Assembly: GCA_026770705.1 (NCBI GenBank)
Contig: JANJGN010001184.1
Span: forward strand, 124,001 to 177,742
Direction of reading: 5' to 3'
DNA length: 53,742 nt
Origin: Isurus oxyrinchus
Taxonomy: Eukaryota
Under the pieces are notes generated by a model, which had not been told where the DNA came from, searched no databases, and was given only the letters and a program-made list of their open reading frames with translations. Both the position numbers and the translations under genes were made by a program. Shown one piece after another: positions 26,158-37,901 of the stretch. The first letter of the stretch is position 1; the number at the start of each line of letters is the position of its first letter.

Positions 26158-26197
26158 ATGATCGGGAAATATTACTGCCTCCTGTCACTTCTCCAAG
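26158..26197 (+). CDS. Gene D, signal peptide (leader) exon; exon starts at 26116
   Basis: ACAATG start, MIGKYYCLLSLLQ, G|gtaat phase-1 donor joining the V exon to give ..LLQVGLSQEW. Confidence 0.82.
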
Positions 26198-27090
26198 GTA
26201 ATATCATCGTCAGCTCAGATAGATTTATGGTTAATAGTCTTCGTAAAAGATCATTCTTATTGAGCTCTGATTGGGAACTGATTCAGCAGTGATCCAGTGT
26301 ACAAACTCACACCAAGTCCCATTCACCCATCACCCCTTTGCTCACTGATATACACTGACTCCCTGTCTGACAGCAGAATTGGAGGAGTGCAGAGATCACA
26401 GAGGGTTGTAGGTTTGGAGGAGGTTACAGAGACATGGAGTGGAGCGGAGTGATGGAGGGATTGGAAATCAAGTGTGAAAATAATCACATCAAGGTGTTGC
26501 TGGACTGGGAACCAGTGTAGGTCAGCGAGTGACTTGTGGGGTCGGGGTGGGTGTGTGCGGAGGTGAAAGTTTGAGTAGAAAATCGGACACAAAATTCAGG
26601 GGATGAAGTCTATCTTGTGGCTAGGACTCTGACAGCAATGGCCTGAAATTAGTGTCTTTTGCTGATTTTAGTCAGAATTTCCCATGAAGACAACACAGCA
26701 GCTCCTAGAATAGACAGGCTGTTCAGTGTCACACTTCCTGTCCATTCTCACCTTGCTAGATACTTCAATAAGGGAGCAAGATAACTGAAAGAGAGAAGGA
26801 AGGTAAAGCTGTCCGTGTGTAAAGGTGTCAATATTCAGTTTGTATATTTGTCTTTCTCTCAACACATGCAGAACTCAGGCTAGAGGCGCTTTGTTAGTGT
26901 GTTTCACAGGGTCTGCTGGAGTAGGGTCAGTGCTGAGCTTGGGGACAAGTCAGTCTACAATGCTGCATCGGAATCAACAATACAACAATATGGGGTTTGG
27001 ATCAGAAATAATCCCCTAGACAATGAGGATCCAAAGAGATTCCTTAGACAATGAGGATCCAGGGTTAAATATTGATATTTCTCTCCCCAG

Positions 27091-27459
27091 TTGGACTGTC
27101 ACAAGAGTGGAAAGGTGACACTCCACGAGAGGTGACAGCGCAGGAAGGTTCGTGTGTACAGATTCGGTGTCACTACAGTTATCCAGCATATCTTGAAAAC
27201 AAACGACAAGTCGGAATCTGGTTAAATAATGAGAAATACAAATTCTGGCCTCCCATTGCCTTTCACTCCAAGGATCACAGTCACGAGTTACCACGGTTCC
27301 ACCATCGGACCCGGCTGTCTGGAGACCTGAAAGATGGCGACTGTTCCCTGATTATAAACAACATCAGACGGGACGATGAAGGACCTTATTTTTTCAGAAT
27401 AGAATTTGACAATGGTCCGAGCCATAACTATTACCCTGTAACCCAGCTTCACGTTTCTG
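27091..27459 (+). CDS. Gene D, V-set Siglec domain exon
   Basis: Intact splice sites, 369 nt open. CVQIRC, GDCSL and DEGPYFFRIE with the essential Arg retained. Confidence 0.92.
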
Positions 27460-28774
27460 GTAAGTGCTGTGTTATAATTACTCAACAATTCACATTCAAC
27501 ACTCAATGGGAAATAACACAATCTGTGACGTTTACATATTAACACAAAACACAGCTTATTATAACACACTGTCTGATTCTCAATAACCTGGTGATAGCTT
27601 CCAGTTCACTCCTAAAGCAACCTCTAATACTCACTTTAATATCAATGATTAAATGTATTGACTGTGTCCATCAATGTTATTAGGTTATCCACTCCCATCA
27701 GTCTACCTAATGCTTTTTAAATGTCTAACAATTTGACAAAAGAAGGATGTGCATTCCTATAGCGCCTTACACCACCTCAGCAAACTTCAAATCATTTCAC
27801 AGGCAATGAAGAAATTCTTGAAGTATAGTCACTGTCTAACGTGGCAGTGAGTTTGTGCACAGGAAGATCCCACAGAGAGCAATGGGATCAGTGACCCAGA
27901 TCTCTGAGAGAATGATGAGCCTGGGTTCCATGAGCTGTGGGCTGCTCCATCACCCACACCCCAGTGTTGGCAATTCAAGGGTCTGGGAGTGAAAGTGTAT
28001 TGAGCTCAGTGACACATTCCCCACCAAGTTTGAAAATAGGAAAGTTGCTGCTGATTGTTGTTACCTCTCAGTTCCCATCTCATCCTTGGAAACCTGCTTT
28101 CAAAATACAAAAGCAAGTCTCACATTTCCATAGCGCCTTTCACCACCTCAGGACGATCCTAAATCAATTCACAGTCAATGAAGTGATTCTTGAAGCACAC
28201 ATTCGCCCCACTCTCTGGTTAAAGAAGTTTCTCCTGAATTCCCCATTGGATTTATTAGTGAGGATCTTATATTGTCAGCCTCTGGTTTTGTTCATTGTGA
28301 GGAGTGGAAACACTCTCTCCATGTCTACTCGATCAAAACCTTTCACTACTTCAAAGATCAAATGAGGTCACCCCTCAACCTTCTCTGTTCAAGAGAACAG
28401 AGACCCAGCCTGTTCATCCTCTCCTGATAGGTAAAGCCTCACATTGCTGAGATCATCCTTGTGAAGCTTTTTACCACCCTCTCCAGTGTCTCTATATCCT
28501 TTTCCAAATGCTGAGTCTGTTCTCCCCGAGCTGTGAGCTGTTCCTCCACCCTCACCCAGTCTGGTCAAATCAAGGGTCACTGAGTGAGAGTGTATTAATC
28601 TGAGTGACAGAGATTCAACAAGTGTAAAAATAGACAATTCTTTAATGATCATTGTAACCTCTCAGTTCTGATATCATCCTTGTAAAAGTGCTTTCTCTTG
28701 TGGGACTGTGCTTTCTATTTGAACTGATGCTTCACGTTATATTTCTCTAAAAGGATCCATTCTCTGTCTGTTAG

Positions 28775-29071
28775 ATTTCACAGATAAACCCACGATATTC
28801 CCTGCTGAAATTATTGCAGGAAAGCGTGTGGATGTAAGCTGCACCTTCAACACAACGTGCAATGGAACAGCAGCACCTGTCTTAACCTGGGACACTCCCA
28901 CTGACGTACCTGGATCAGTCTCAAACACTGTAACTCAGCATGGTGTCACTCTGACCTATACTTCTGTTCTGACCCTGATCCCATCACTCAAACACCACGG
29001 ACACACTTTCAGCTGCAGAGTGAGATATCCATCTGTTTCATCGGAGCGGACCCTCGTACTAACGGTGCAAT
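28775..29071 (+). CDS. Gene D, first C2-set exon
   Basis: Intact ag/gt, 297 nt, near-identical to 4056-4352. Confidence 0.9.
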
Positions 29072-29244
29072 GTAAGTATGGACATCCTTCATTCTACGTT
29101 AGCTGGAATAGTATAAAATGTGCACAGCAAGCTCCCACATACTGCATTTTGTTGACCAACAAACCATTGGTCTTTAACTGGTAAAAGGTGACTCCTGACA
29201 GGCAGTACATCCTTAATACTGACTCTCCGACAGTGCATCATGGA

Positions 29245-30980
29245 CTCATAGACTCATAGACACTTATAGGACAGAAGGAGGCCATTTAGCACACAATATC
29301 CATGCTGGTCAGCAACTCCCTCCCCAAGTGCATCACCTCACACTTTTCCAGGTTGAAGTCCATTTGCGTCGTGATCATTCCCCCTATATTTAAGTCCAAT
29401 TCATTTATATACACCACAAACAGCAAGTGCCCCAGCACTGAGCCCTGTGGAACCCCACTGGAAACAGACATCCAGTCACAGAAACATCCCTCCACCATCA
29501 CCCTCTGCTTCCTGCCTCAGCCAATATTGGATCCAATGTGCCATTTTGCCTTGGATCCCATGGGCTCTTACTTTCTTGGCCTCTCTGCCAAGAGGCACCT
29601 TATCAAAAGCCTTCCTCAGCCCATGTCGACCACAACAAAGGCATTACTCTCATCAACACTCCTGGTTACCTCCTCAAAAGATTTGATCAGGTTTGTCAAA
29701 CATGACCTTCCCTTAACAAATCCATGCTGAATATCCCAGATTAATCCTTGTCTCTCCCAGTGCAGATTCATTCTGTCCTTCAGAATTCTTACTAGTAACT
29801 TCCCCACCACCGAGGTTAGACTGCCTGGCCTGTAATTTCCTGATCTATCCCTTCCTCCCTTTTTTAATAATGGGACAACATTAGCCATCCTCCAGTCCTC
29901 TGGCACCTCACCTGTGGCCAGAGAGGATTTGAAAATTACTGCCAGGGCCCCTGATATCTCTTCCCTTGCCTCCCTCAACAGCTTTGGATTCATCTCATCT
30001 GGGCTTGTGGATTTATCCACTTTTCAGGCCATTAAACCCACTAGTACCTCCTTTCTCCGCGTTAATTTCATCTCATATTTCACAGTCCTCCACCCTGATG
30101 TTATACCTGCATCATCCTTTTCCATTGTGAAGACTGATGCAAAGTATTCATTGAGGACTGTACCCACGTCTTCCAGGTCCACACACACATTACCTCGATA
30201 GCCCCTAATCGGCCCCACTCTTTACCGAGTTATTCTCCTGTTCTTTACATATTTAAAAAACCCCTCTGGGTTTTGCTTTAATCTACCCACCAGTGCTTTC
30301 TCATGCACTCGCTTATCTTTCCTAATGTACTTTTTCAGTTCCCCTCTGCACTATTTGTACTCCTCTAGGGACTCTGCTGTATTGAGCCCTCAGTATCTGC
30401 CATAAGCTTCTCTTTTTTCTCAATCCTAACCTTTATGTTCCTTTTCTTCCAGGGTTCTCCAGACTTGGTCTCCCTCTTTGTCTTTACAGGAAGATATCTG
30501 CTCTGTACTCTCGCTATTCCCTCCTTGAATGCCTCCCACTGCTCTGACACAGTTTTATCTGCAAAGAGCTTCTCCCAGTCCACTTGGGCCCAATCATATC
30601 TCATCTTAGTAAAATTAGCCTTTCCCCAGTTTAGAATTTTTATTCCCAGCACAAACTTATCCTTCTCCATAACTGTCCTAAATCCAATTGAGTTCCAGTC
30701 ACTATCTCCCCTATTGATACGCTTTCCACCTTTCCCGGCGCTTTTCCATATATTAGGTCCAGAATTGTCCCCTCCCTTGTTGAGCTTTCTATGCACAGAC
30801 TAAAAATCTTCTCCTGGATGCAACTTCAGAATTTTTCTCCCTCCCTACCTTGCTCACTAAAGCTGTTACAGTTAATATTTGGGTAGTTAAAATCCCTGAG
30901 TATTACTGCTTTATTATTCTTACACATCTCTGAAATGTGATCACATGTTGGATTGTCCATCTCTCCCTGACTGTTTGTTG
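29245..30980 (-). mobile_element. Paralogous CR1 ORF2 fragment in gene D intron
   Basis: Same peptides and the same lesions as 4525-6255. Confidence 0.92.
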
Positions 30981-30983
30981 GTT

Positions 30984-32964
30984 TTATATCTTGAGTCTAT
31001 GAGTTCACTGGTTGAGTAAACTCGAATTGCACTCCTTCATATACACTTGTTAGTTGATGCTCGCTATCAATAACCAAGAGAGACCGACATTAGAACAAGC
31101 TGATTATTTATTGCAAGAGGGCAGAGCACTAAATTGTTGCATGTTCCCACACCCACCTCCAGCTCTAGACTTACAGTTAACCAGTAGCCCGCACTGTACA
31201 ATGATTGGACAGCACTGTCACATGGTTTATCCACTTGTATTCTCTTAACTGTACAAGGAACTCCACTTTACCACATCCTTCCCCCTTTACTTAAAAAGTG
31301 CAGTTGACAAACTTAATAACAAGTGAACTAATTACACTAATAACTATTTACAAATCAAGTCTCTCAGGAGGCTTTCTCGAATGTTGCTCCTTCCAAATTT
31401 TGGGACCTGTCCTCTACATGTGGCCCAGACTCAAGTGGAGATGAAGACTTCATTTCTTCTTGTGGGACCAGCGTTATTTTGGGGAAATGATCCACGTGTC
31501 GTTTACTGATACATGAGAGGAGAGGGATCCAGTTACTGCACTCACCTCGCCTAACAGCCAATTGGACCCATCTCCATAGTTCATCGCGAGGACTGCACCT
31601 CCCACAGTGAAAGTTCTTTCCCAGCATGACCATCGTGCCTGGTCTCCTGCGTCTCTTGGCTTTTCTCCAGCCTCCCCTTTAAATCCGGCTGGATAAGGGT
31701 CAGGTGGGTGCGGAGATGTCTCTTCATTAGTAGTTCTGCAGGGCCAATGCTGGTCGTTGTTTGTGGCCTGGCCCAGTTTGTGAAGAGGAACCGGGACAAT
31801 CTCATGCCGATGGAATCCCCTTCCATCTTTCTCACCCTGGATTTAAAGGTTTGGATGCCCTGCTCAGCCCTGCCGTTCGATGCTGGGCGGTAGGGTGAGG
31901 GTTTGATATGGGTGATGAAGTGCTGAATAGTAACTGAGGGCTGTGGTCTCAGGTGGTTTGGAACAATTTTCATTCACTGGTTGAAAGTCTTCGAGTCGGG
32001 GATGGTCGGTGACGTGAGGCTGAGGATCAGCCCGGACGTTTTGCTCCCACATGTGGATACAAGAATCTCCCTCTTCTTCTCCTCTCCCGTGATATCATTA
32101 GCGGTAAAAAAAGAACACTAGGCGTTCGACACACTGAGACCAGTCACCTGAAATGGGGTTGAATGGATCGACACGCCGGAACTGCAGCATCGTCGACGAC
32201 TGCAAGGGGGCAGCACTTCCGATGTCTTCCCAGTTAATGTCCAATTCAGGTGTTTGTCTTACTGCAGCATCCTTCACTGCCGTCGATTGATTCATCTTTT
32301 ACCTTCCGCAGAGTTACCCGCTCTCTGGGGTCTCTTATAACATTCTGTCCACAGCCATTGTCCTTGCATGTACCTCTTTAAATGTATTGTTGCTTTAAGA
32401 GCAGTCACCTCTTTGTTAACTCCCTCTCTGTCGCTCTTGTCTTTTCTGTGCTGGGTTTCGTGCTCTCTTTGAGTTTTGCTGGGATCCCTGTGATCAGGAT
32501 TCTGCAGGGTTTTTCCCCCAAATTCTCAGTGCAGCACTGCTTCCTGCTCGGACTGCAGCCTATTTTACACCCTCCGTACAGATTCTCTTTCTAATGCTCT
32601 GCGCACTGGCCTTGTGGGTCCTCACTCAGGGGCTGTGTTTTTAGCTGTGTTCATCCTCACCCCCAGTTTTATGTCTTGAGTCTCTGAATTCACCAGTCGA
32701 GTAAACTCGAATTGCACACCTTCATATACACTCGCTAGTTGATTCTTACTATCAGTAACGGACAGAGACAGACATAAGAACAAACTGTGATTATTTATTG
32801 CAGCAGAGGACTGAACACTGAATCCTTGCGCACCCCCACAACCACCTCCAGCTCGAGAAATACAGTTACCCAGTAGCCCAACCTGTCCTATGATTGGTCA
32901 GTACTGTCACATGGTTAGTCCGCTTGCATTCTCTTAAAGGTACATGGTGCTCCACTTGACCATA
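30984..32964 (-). mobile_element. Internally deleted Gypsy-type LTR retrotransposon with two LTRs
   Basis: Direct LTRs. PPT AAAGGGGGAAGGA-TG (- strand, about 31276-31288). PBS-like ACTGGGGGTGAGGATGA near 32650-32668. Gag remnant DPFNP..DWSQCVERL.FFF and integrase remnant SPYRPASNGRAEQ..TFK. Confidence 0.85.
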
Positions 32965-33317
32965 GAGGGCCTGAAGTATACAGCCAACAGTGTGTTTGCC
33001 TCAGTACTGACCCACCCACAGGGCAGCACTCCCTCATTACTGGCTCTCTAACAGTGCAATGCTCCCTCAGTACTGTCCCTCCCACATTGCAGTTCTCAAT
33101 CAGAACTGACAGTCTGACTGTGCAGCACTCCATCAGCACTGCATCTGCTACAGTGCAGCTCTCCCTCAGCACTCTCTCAGTGCTGAACTGAAGTGTCTGC
33201 CTGGATTATGTGCTTTGTGGTGAAGGAACCTTCATTGATGTCACACCTTTCACATTCTCAAAGTCTCTCAAAGTGCTTCACAGTCAATGTAAGCAACTGA
33301 TCTTTATTTGTTTTCAG

Positions 33318-33599
33318 ACGCACCACAGAATCTCTCAATTGCTTCTCTTGATACGATTAACGCTTCATTGATCAATATAATTGAGGGGAATTCTGCAGTG
33401 ATAATCTGCTCTGTCGAGAGCTTCCCAGCTTCTAACCTGACGTGGCGACATCTTAATGTCCCAATGAACAGAACAAGTTCCAACAATGAGCTGTGGTTGG
33501 TGATTCCTCACGTTACATCCAGGGACACTGGAGACTATCAGTGTGTGGCAGAGAATGAACATGGAGCAGTGGAGGGGTTCCTAACAATTACTGTGGAAC
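33318..33599 (+). CDS. Gene D, second C2/I-set exon
   Basis: ttttcag acceptor, C|gtgagt donor, 282 nt open, paralog of 7197-7478. Confidence 0.9.
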
Positions 33600-33607
33600 G
33601 TGAGTTA

Positions 33608-33974
33608 NNNNNNNNNNNNNNNNNNNNNNNNNNNNNNNNNNNNNNNNNNNNNNNNNNNNNNNNNNNNNNNNNNNNNNNNNNNNNNNNNNNNNNNNNNNNN
33701 NNNNNNNNNNNNNNNNNNNNNNNNNNNNNNNNNNNNNNNNNNNNNNNNNNNNNNNNNNNNNNNNNNNNNNNNNNNNNNNNNNNNNNNNNNNNNNNNNNNN
33801 NNNNNNNNNNNNNNNNNNNNNNNNNNNNNNNNNNNNNNNNNNNNNNNNNNNNNNNNNNNNNNNNNNNNNNNNNNNNNNNNNNNNNNNNNNNNNNNNNNNN
33901 NNNNNNNNNNNNNNNNNNNNNNNNNNNNNNNNNNNNNNNNNNNNNNNNNNNNNNNNNNNNNNNNNNNNNNNNNN
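33608..33974. other. Assembly gap (N run)
   Basis: Run of Ns. Confidence 1.
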
Positions 33975-34070
33975 AGACTAGGCACTTTACAGATGGAGAG
34001 GAGGGAGGAAGAGATACATCGGAGCATCATTCCAAACCTGTAGTGCAGTAATTCATGGCTGTTTTTACAG

Positions 34071-34167
34071 GTAGAGACTCCAGTAAATGGACAGTAGGAT
34101 TGTTCACGGCTGGGATCATGTTGAGTGTTTTACTGGCTGAAATCTTCATCTTCATCTGTGTGAGAAA
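34071..34167 (+). CDS. TM exon of the inhibitory-type receptor (probably gene D), phase 1-2
   Basis: tttttacag acceptor, AA|gtaagt donor. RRDSSKWTVGLFTAGIMLSVLLAEIFIFICVRK: hydrophobic span plus basic stop-transfer residues. Confidence 0.8.
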
Positions 34168-34329
34168 GTAAGTCTGAAGATTTAACTTGATTTTAATATA
34201 AACATTTGTTTAGGACTAATTGGACAGTTTTTACAAAGGGCCAGCACAGGCACGATGGGCTGAGTGGCTTCCTCCAGAGCTGTGAGATTTTAAATTCTTA
34301 CATCGAATGTGACTGTCACTGATGAGGCC

Positions 34330-34760
34330 GCTATTAATATGCCATCTCTAATTGCCCTTGAGAAGGTGTTGGTGAGCTGCCTTCTTGACCCACTGCAGTC
34401 CATGTGGTGTAGGTACACCCACAGTGCTGTTAGAGAGGGAGTTCCAGGAGTTTGACCCAGCGACAGTGAAGGAACGGTGATATATTTCCAAGTCAGGATG
34501 GTGAGTGACTTGGAGGGGAACTTCCAGGTGGTGGTGTTCCCATGTGTCTGCTGCCCTTGTCCTTCTAGATGGTAGAGGTCGTGGGTTTGGAAGGTGCTGT
34601 TGAAGGAGCCTTGCTGAGTTGCTGCAGTGCATCTTGTAGATGGTACACACACTGCTGCCACTGTGTGTTCATGGTGGAGGGAGTGAATGTTTAATGTGGT
34701 GGATGGGGTGTCGATCAATCGGGCTGCTTTGTCCTGGATGGTGTCAAGCTTCTTGATTCT
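34330..34760 (-). mobile_element. CR1-clade LINE 3' fragment repeated in each cassette (about 37260, 40300, 43415, 46465)
   Basis: CTIYKMHCSNS.RLLQQHLPNP..SWNSL..KAAHHHLLKGN; the same family is on the + strand at about 50750-51150. Confidence 0.8.
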
Positions 34761-34888
34761 GTGCTTTGTGCAGATGTAATTTAATGAGACAGTCCAGTTG
34801 TCGGTGTAAGGTTACAGTGGGCTCTGTGTCTGTGCTGCACTGACTCTCTGCTATATGATAACCACAGTGTGATATTGTGTTATTGCAG

Positions 34889-34970
34889 GAGAAAGACAGC
34901 GATGGAGGAGAGAGTTTCAGGGACCAGTGACATTGCATTGACCCCCCGTTCACTCTCTGTGAATCACCAG
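34889..34970 (+). CDS. Cytoplasmic linker exon, cassette 1 (phase 2-0)
   Basis: ttgcag acceptor, CAG|gtacag donor, 82 nt. RKTAMEERVSGTSDIALTPRSLSVNHQ, in frame with the TM exon and the terminal exon. Confidence 0.78.
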
Positions 34971-35105
34971 GTACAGGAGCTGTTTACACTCACTCCAAAG
35001 TTTCAATCTCAGTGTGTAGACAACACGTGTCCCAGATTCCCAGCCCAGTTACCCACTGATTTGTACCTGTGGAGTCAGCAATGGTTTAGTATCATGCTGT
35101 CTCTC

Positions 35106-35859
35106 TGTTATGACACAGCAACTGGTAAAGGCTGTTGTTTAAAATCCCAGAGGGAAACTTTAAACAACTGTCATAACCTATATTTCCCAGTGGAATATTT
35201 GAGATGCAGCTCTAAATTCAAGAATAGGACCACCAGTTCTCGAGATGGTTTTATATCAATCTACATGAGACATTTATTAATTAACACAAGTTAAACATAT
35301 GCACATGGCTACAAGCTAGCATTATCATAACATTTTAACAAATTCCCAAACTAATCTCCTCTAAGATAACCCGTAGACTTTCAGCAGATTCCAGGCAAAG
35401 CATTTTCACCTCACAAATTCCAAATGAGGTTCCTTTCACTTTGGTTCCTTTGCAGACAGGTGTAGGCTTACAGCTGCTTTGATGTTACAAGCCTCTGCTC
35501 TGCACACACAAAACTGCTCAAGTTATACCCAGTGCTTCTCTTTGAATGTAAATTCTCATTGTATCATCAGGACCATTGAACTCCATCTCTTCCAACAATA
35601 AATCCTCTGTCATAGTATCAATTTTATTAATAAAATAAATGTTGATTGGTTTAAGATTTCACTCTCAGGTTTTGAATGCTCTGTTTAAAAATACAAATTT
35701 TTATCTCTCAGTTTACATCTCAAAACTACTATACATCAAATACCCAGACTGGCTGGCTTTAATCCAGTTAAAACACACACAGACACACCCACAGACTAAA
35801 CCCCGATGTGAATAAAAATAATTTCCAATAACATGATATTTATTAATCGCATCATGACA
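35106..35859. mobile_element. Solo LTR-like element repeated in each cassette (also 38037-38970, 41076-42009, 44192-45125, 47244-48177)
   Basis: TGTTATGA...TCATAACA/TCATGACA termini flanked by a ctctc-like duplication. Confidence 0.68.
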
Positions 35860-36400
35860 GTCTCTCTCTCTATCCCAACCTCCCTTTCTTCCTCTCTCTC
35901 TCTTTCTCTCTCTCTCATCCTCTCTCTGATTACAAGGTGCATGTTAATGAGCTTCACACCAGACACTTGAGTGCAGAATCCAACTGTCACTCACCAGAGC
36001 CATTACCGAGGGAGTGCAAGACTGACAGAGGGTCAGTACTGAGGGAGTGCTGCACTGTCGGAGGGTCAGTACTGAGGGAGAGCTGCACTGTCGGAGTGTC
36101 AGTACTGAGGGAGCGCTGCACTGTCGGAGGGTCAGTACTGAGGGAGCGCTGCACTGTCGGAGGGTCAGTAATGAGGGAGCGCTGCACTGTCGGAGGGTCA
36201 GTACTGAGGGAGTGCTGCACTGTCGGAGGGTCAGTCCTGAGGGAGCGTTGCACTGCCATAGGTGGTATCTTTCATATGACATGAGAGAGAGGGTTAAACC
36301 AACTGAGACACGACTGACATTAACAAGGCTGCACAATAATTTAACCCTATCAGTGCCAGTAAATGATGTGAGGATAACTTCTGTTTCGATTTCTCTGTAG

Positions 36401-36649
36401 GGTAAACAGAACGTGCTGATTACTGAGCCCCAGAACACAAAGAGAGACGCAACTGGCGAGGGGGAGACCCCAGCTCCCCGGGGTCTCTCTGAAGATGCAG
36501 TGGGAGGCGATGCTGGACATGGGAACCCCGACAAACCTGAAGAGTTTCTCTACGCCAATCCCCAAGTCTTGAGGATGTCCAGTGGTGATGGGTCTGTCCA
36601 CAGGGAAGAGGAGACGGAATACGCACAGATCAGGTTCGAGCATAACTGA
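36401..36649 (+). CDS. Terminal cytoplasmic exon, cassette 1 (FLYANP + ITSM TEYAQI)
   Basis: ctgtag acceptor, phase 0. GKQNVLITEP...EEFLYANPQV...EETEYAQIRFEHN*. Confidence 0.82.
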   Translation, partial: GKQNVLITEPQNTKRDATGEGETPAPRGLSEDAVGGDAGHGNPDKPEEFLYANPQVLRMSSGDGSVHREEETEYAQIRFEHN

Positions 36650-36845
36650 ATGAGAAATGGGGAGAGTGAGTGAGGAGGTATCAGGGTGGGGGTAGTGATT
36701 GAGATTCCTGGGAACAGGAAACAACCCACTGGGGGAGAGGGGGGAGAGGGAGGAAGGGATGGAATTGGGCTGCGGTTGGTGTGGTTTGGAATGAAATGCT
36801 TCTCCAGAGAGGACTGGATGCTGAGCCATTGGGGATAGAGATTCA

Positions 36846-36881
<36 letters not shown>

Positions 36882-37819
36882 GTCCCTCTCTCTCTCTCTC
36901 TCCCTGTCTCTGTCTTTCTTTCTGTGTCTGTCTCTCATTCCCTATCTCCAGCTCCTCCTTTAAGATGCCCGTTAATAACTGACTTTGTTGACTCAGCTGT
37001 TGGTCTCCTGTCCCTAATATCTCCTCATGTGGAGTCAGGTGAAGATGTCACTAACAAGCCCCGGATGAGCCTTGGGACATTTTGCTACATTGAAGGTGCT
37101 ATATAAATGCAAGTAGTTGTAGTGACTCTGATCTGCTTCGATTAACAATGGAACCACAAAGGCTCCTTCGACAGGGCGTGTGTGCAGCAGGGTCACAGTA
37201 AATACATTGAGATGTGAGATTTTTAATTCTTTCATCGAATGTGGCTGTCACTGGTGATGTCAGCGTTAATGCCCATCCCTAATTGCCCTTGAGAAGGTGG
37301 TGGTGAGCTGCCTCCTTGACCCGCTGCAGTCCATGTGGTGTAGGTACACCCACACTGCTGTTAGAGAGGTAGCTCCAGGTGTTTGACCCAGCGACAGTGA
37401 AGGAACGGTGATATATTTCCAAGTCAGGATGGTGAGTGACTTGGAGGGGAACTTCCAGGTGGTGGTGTTCCCATGTGTCTGCTGCCCTTGTCCTTCTAGA
37501 TGGTAGAGGTCGTGGGTTTGGAAGGTGCTGTTGAAGGAGCCTTTCCGAGTTGCTGCAGTGCATCTTGTAGATGGTACACACACTGCTGCCACTGTGTGTT
37601 CGTGGTGGAGGGAGTGAATGTTTAATGTGGGGGATGGGGTGTAGATCAATCGGGCTGCTTTGTCCTGGATGGTGTCAAGCTTCTTGATTCTGTGCTTTGT
37701 GCAGAGGTGATTTAAAGAGACAGTCCAGTCGTTGGTGTAAGGTTTCAGTGGGCTCTGTGTCTGTGCTGCACTGACTCTCTGCTATATGATAACCACAGTG
37801 TGATATTGTGTTATTGCAG

Positions 37820-37901
37820 GAGAAAGACAGCGATGGAGGAGAGAGTTTCAGGGACCAGTGACATTGCATTGACCCCCAGTCCACTCTCTGTGAAGCACCA
37901 G
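37820..37901 (+). CDS. Cytoplasmic linker exon, cassette 2
   Basis: Intact copy with ag/gt sites and open frame. Confidence 0.65.

Noticed and set aside
33308-34051. ORFs spanning the X run
   Set aside because: Artefact of the assembly gap; only 33318-33599 is a real exon.
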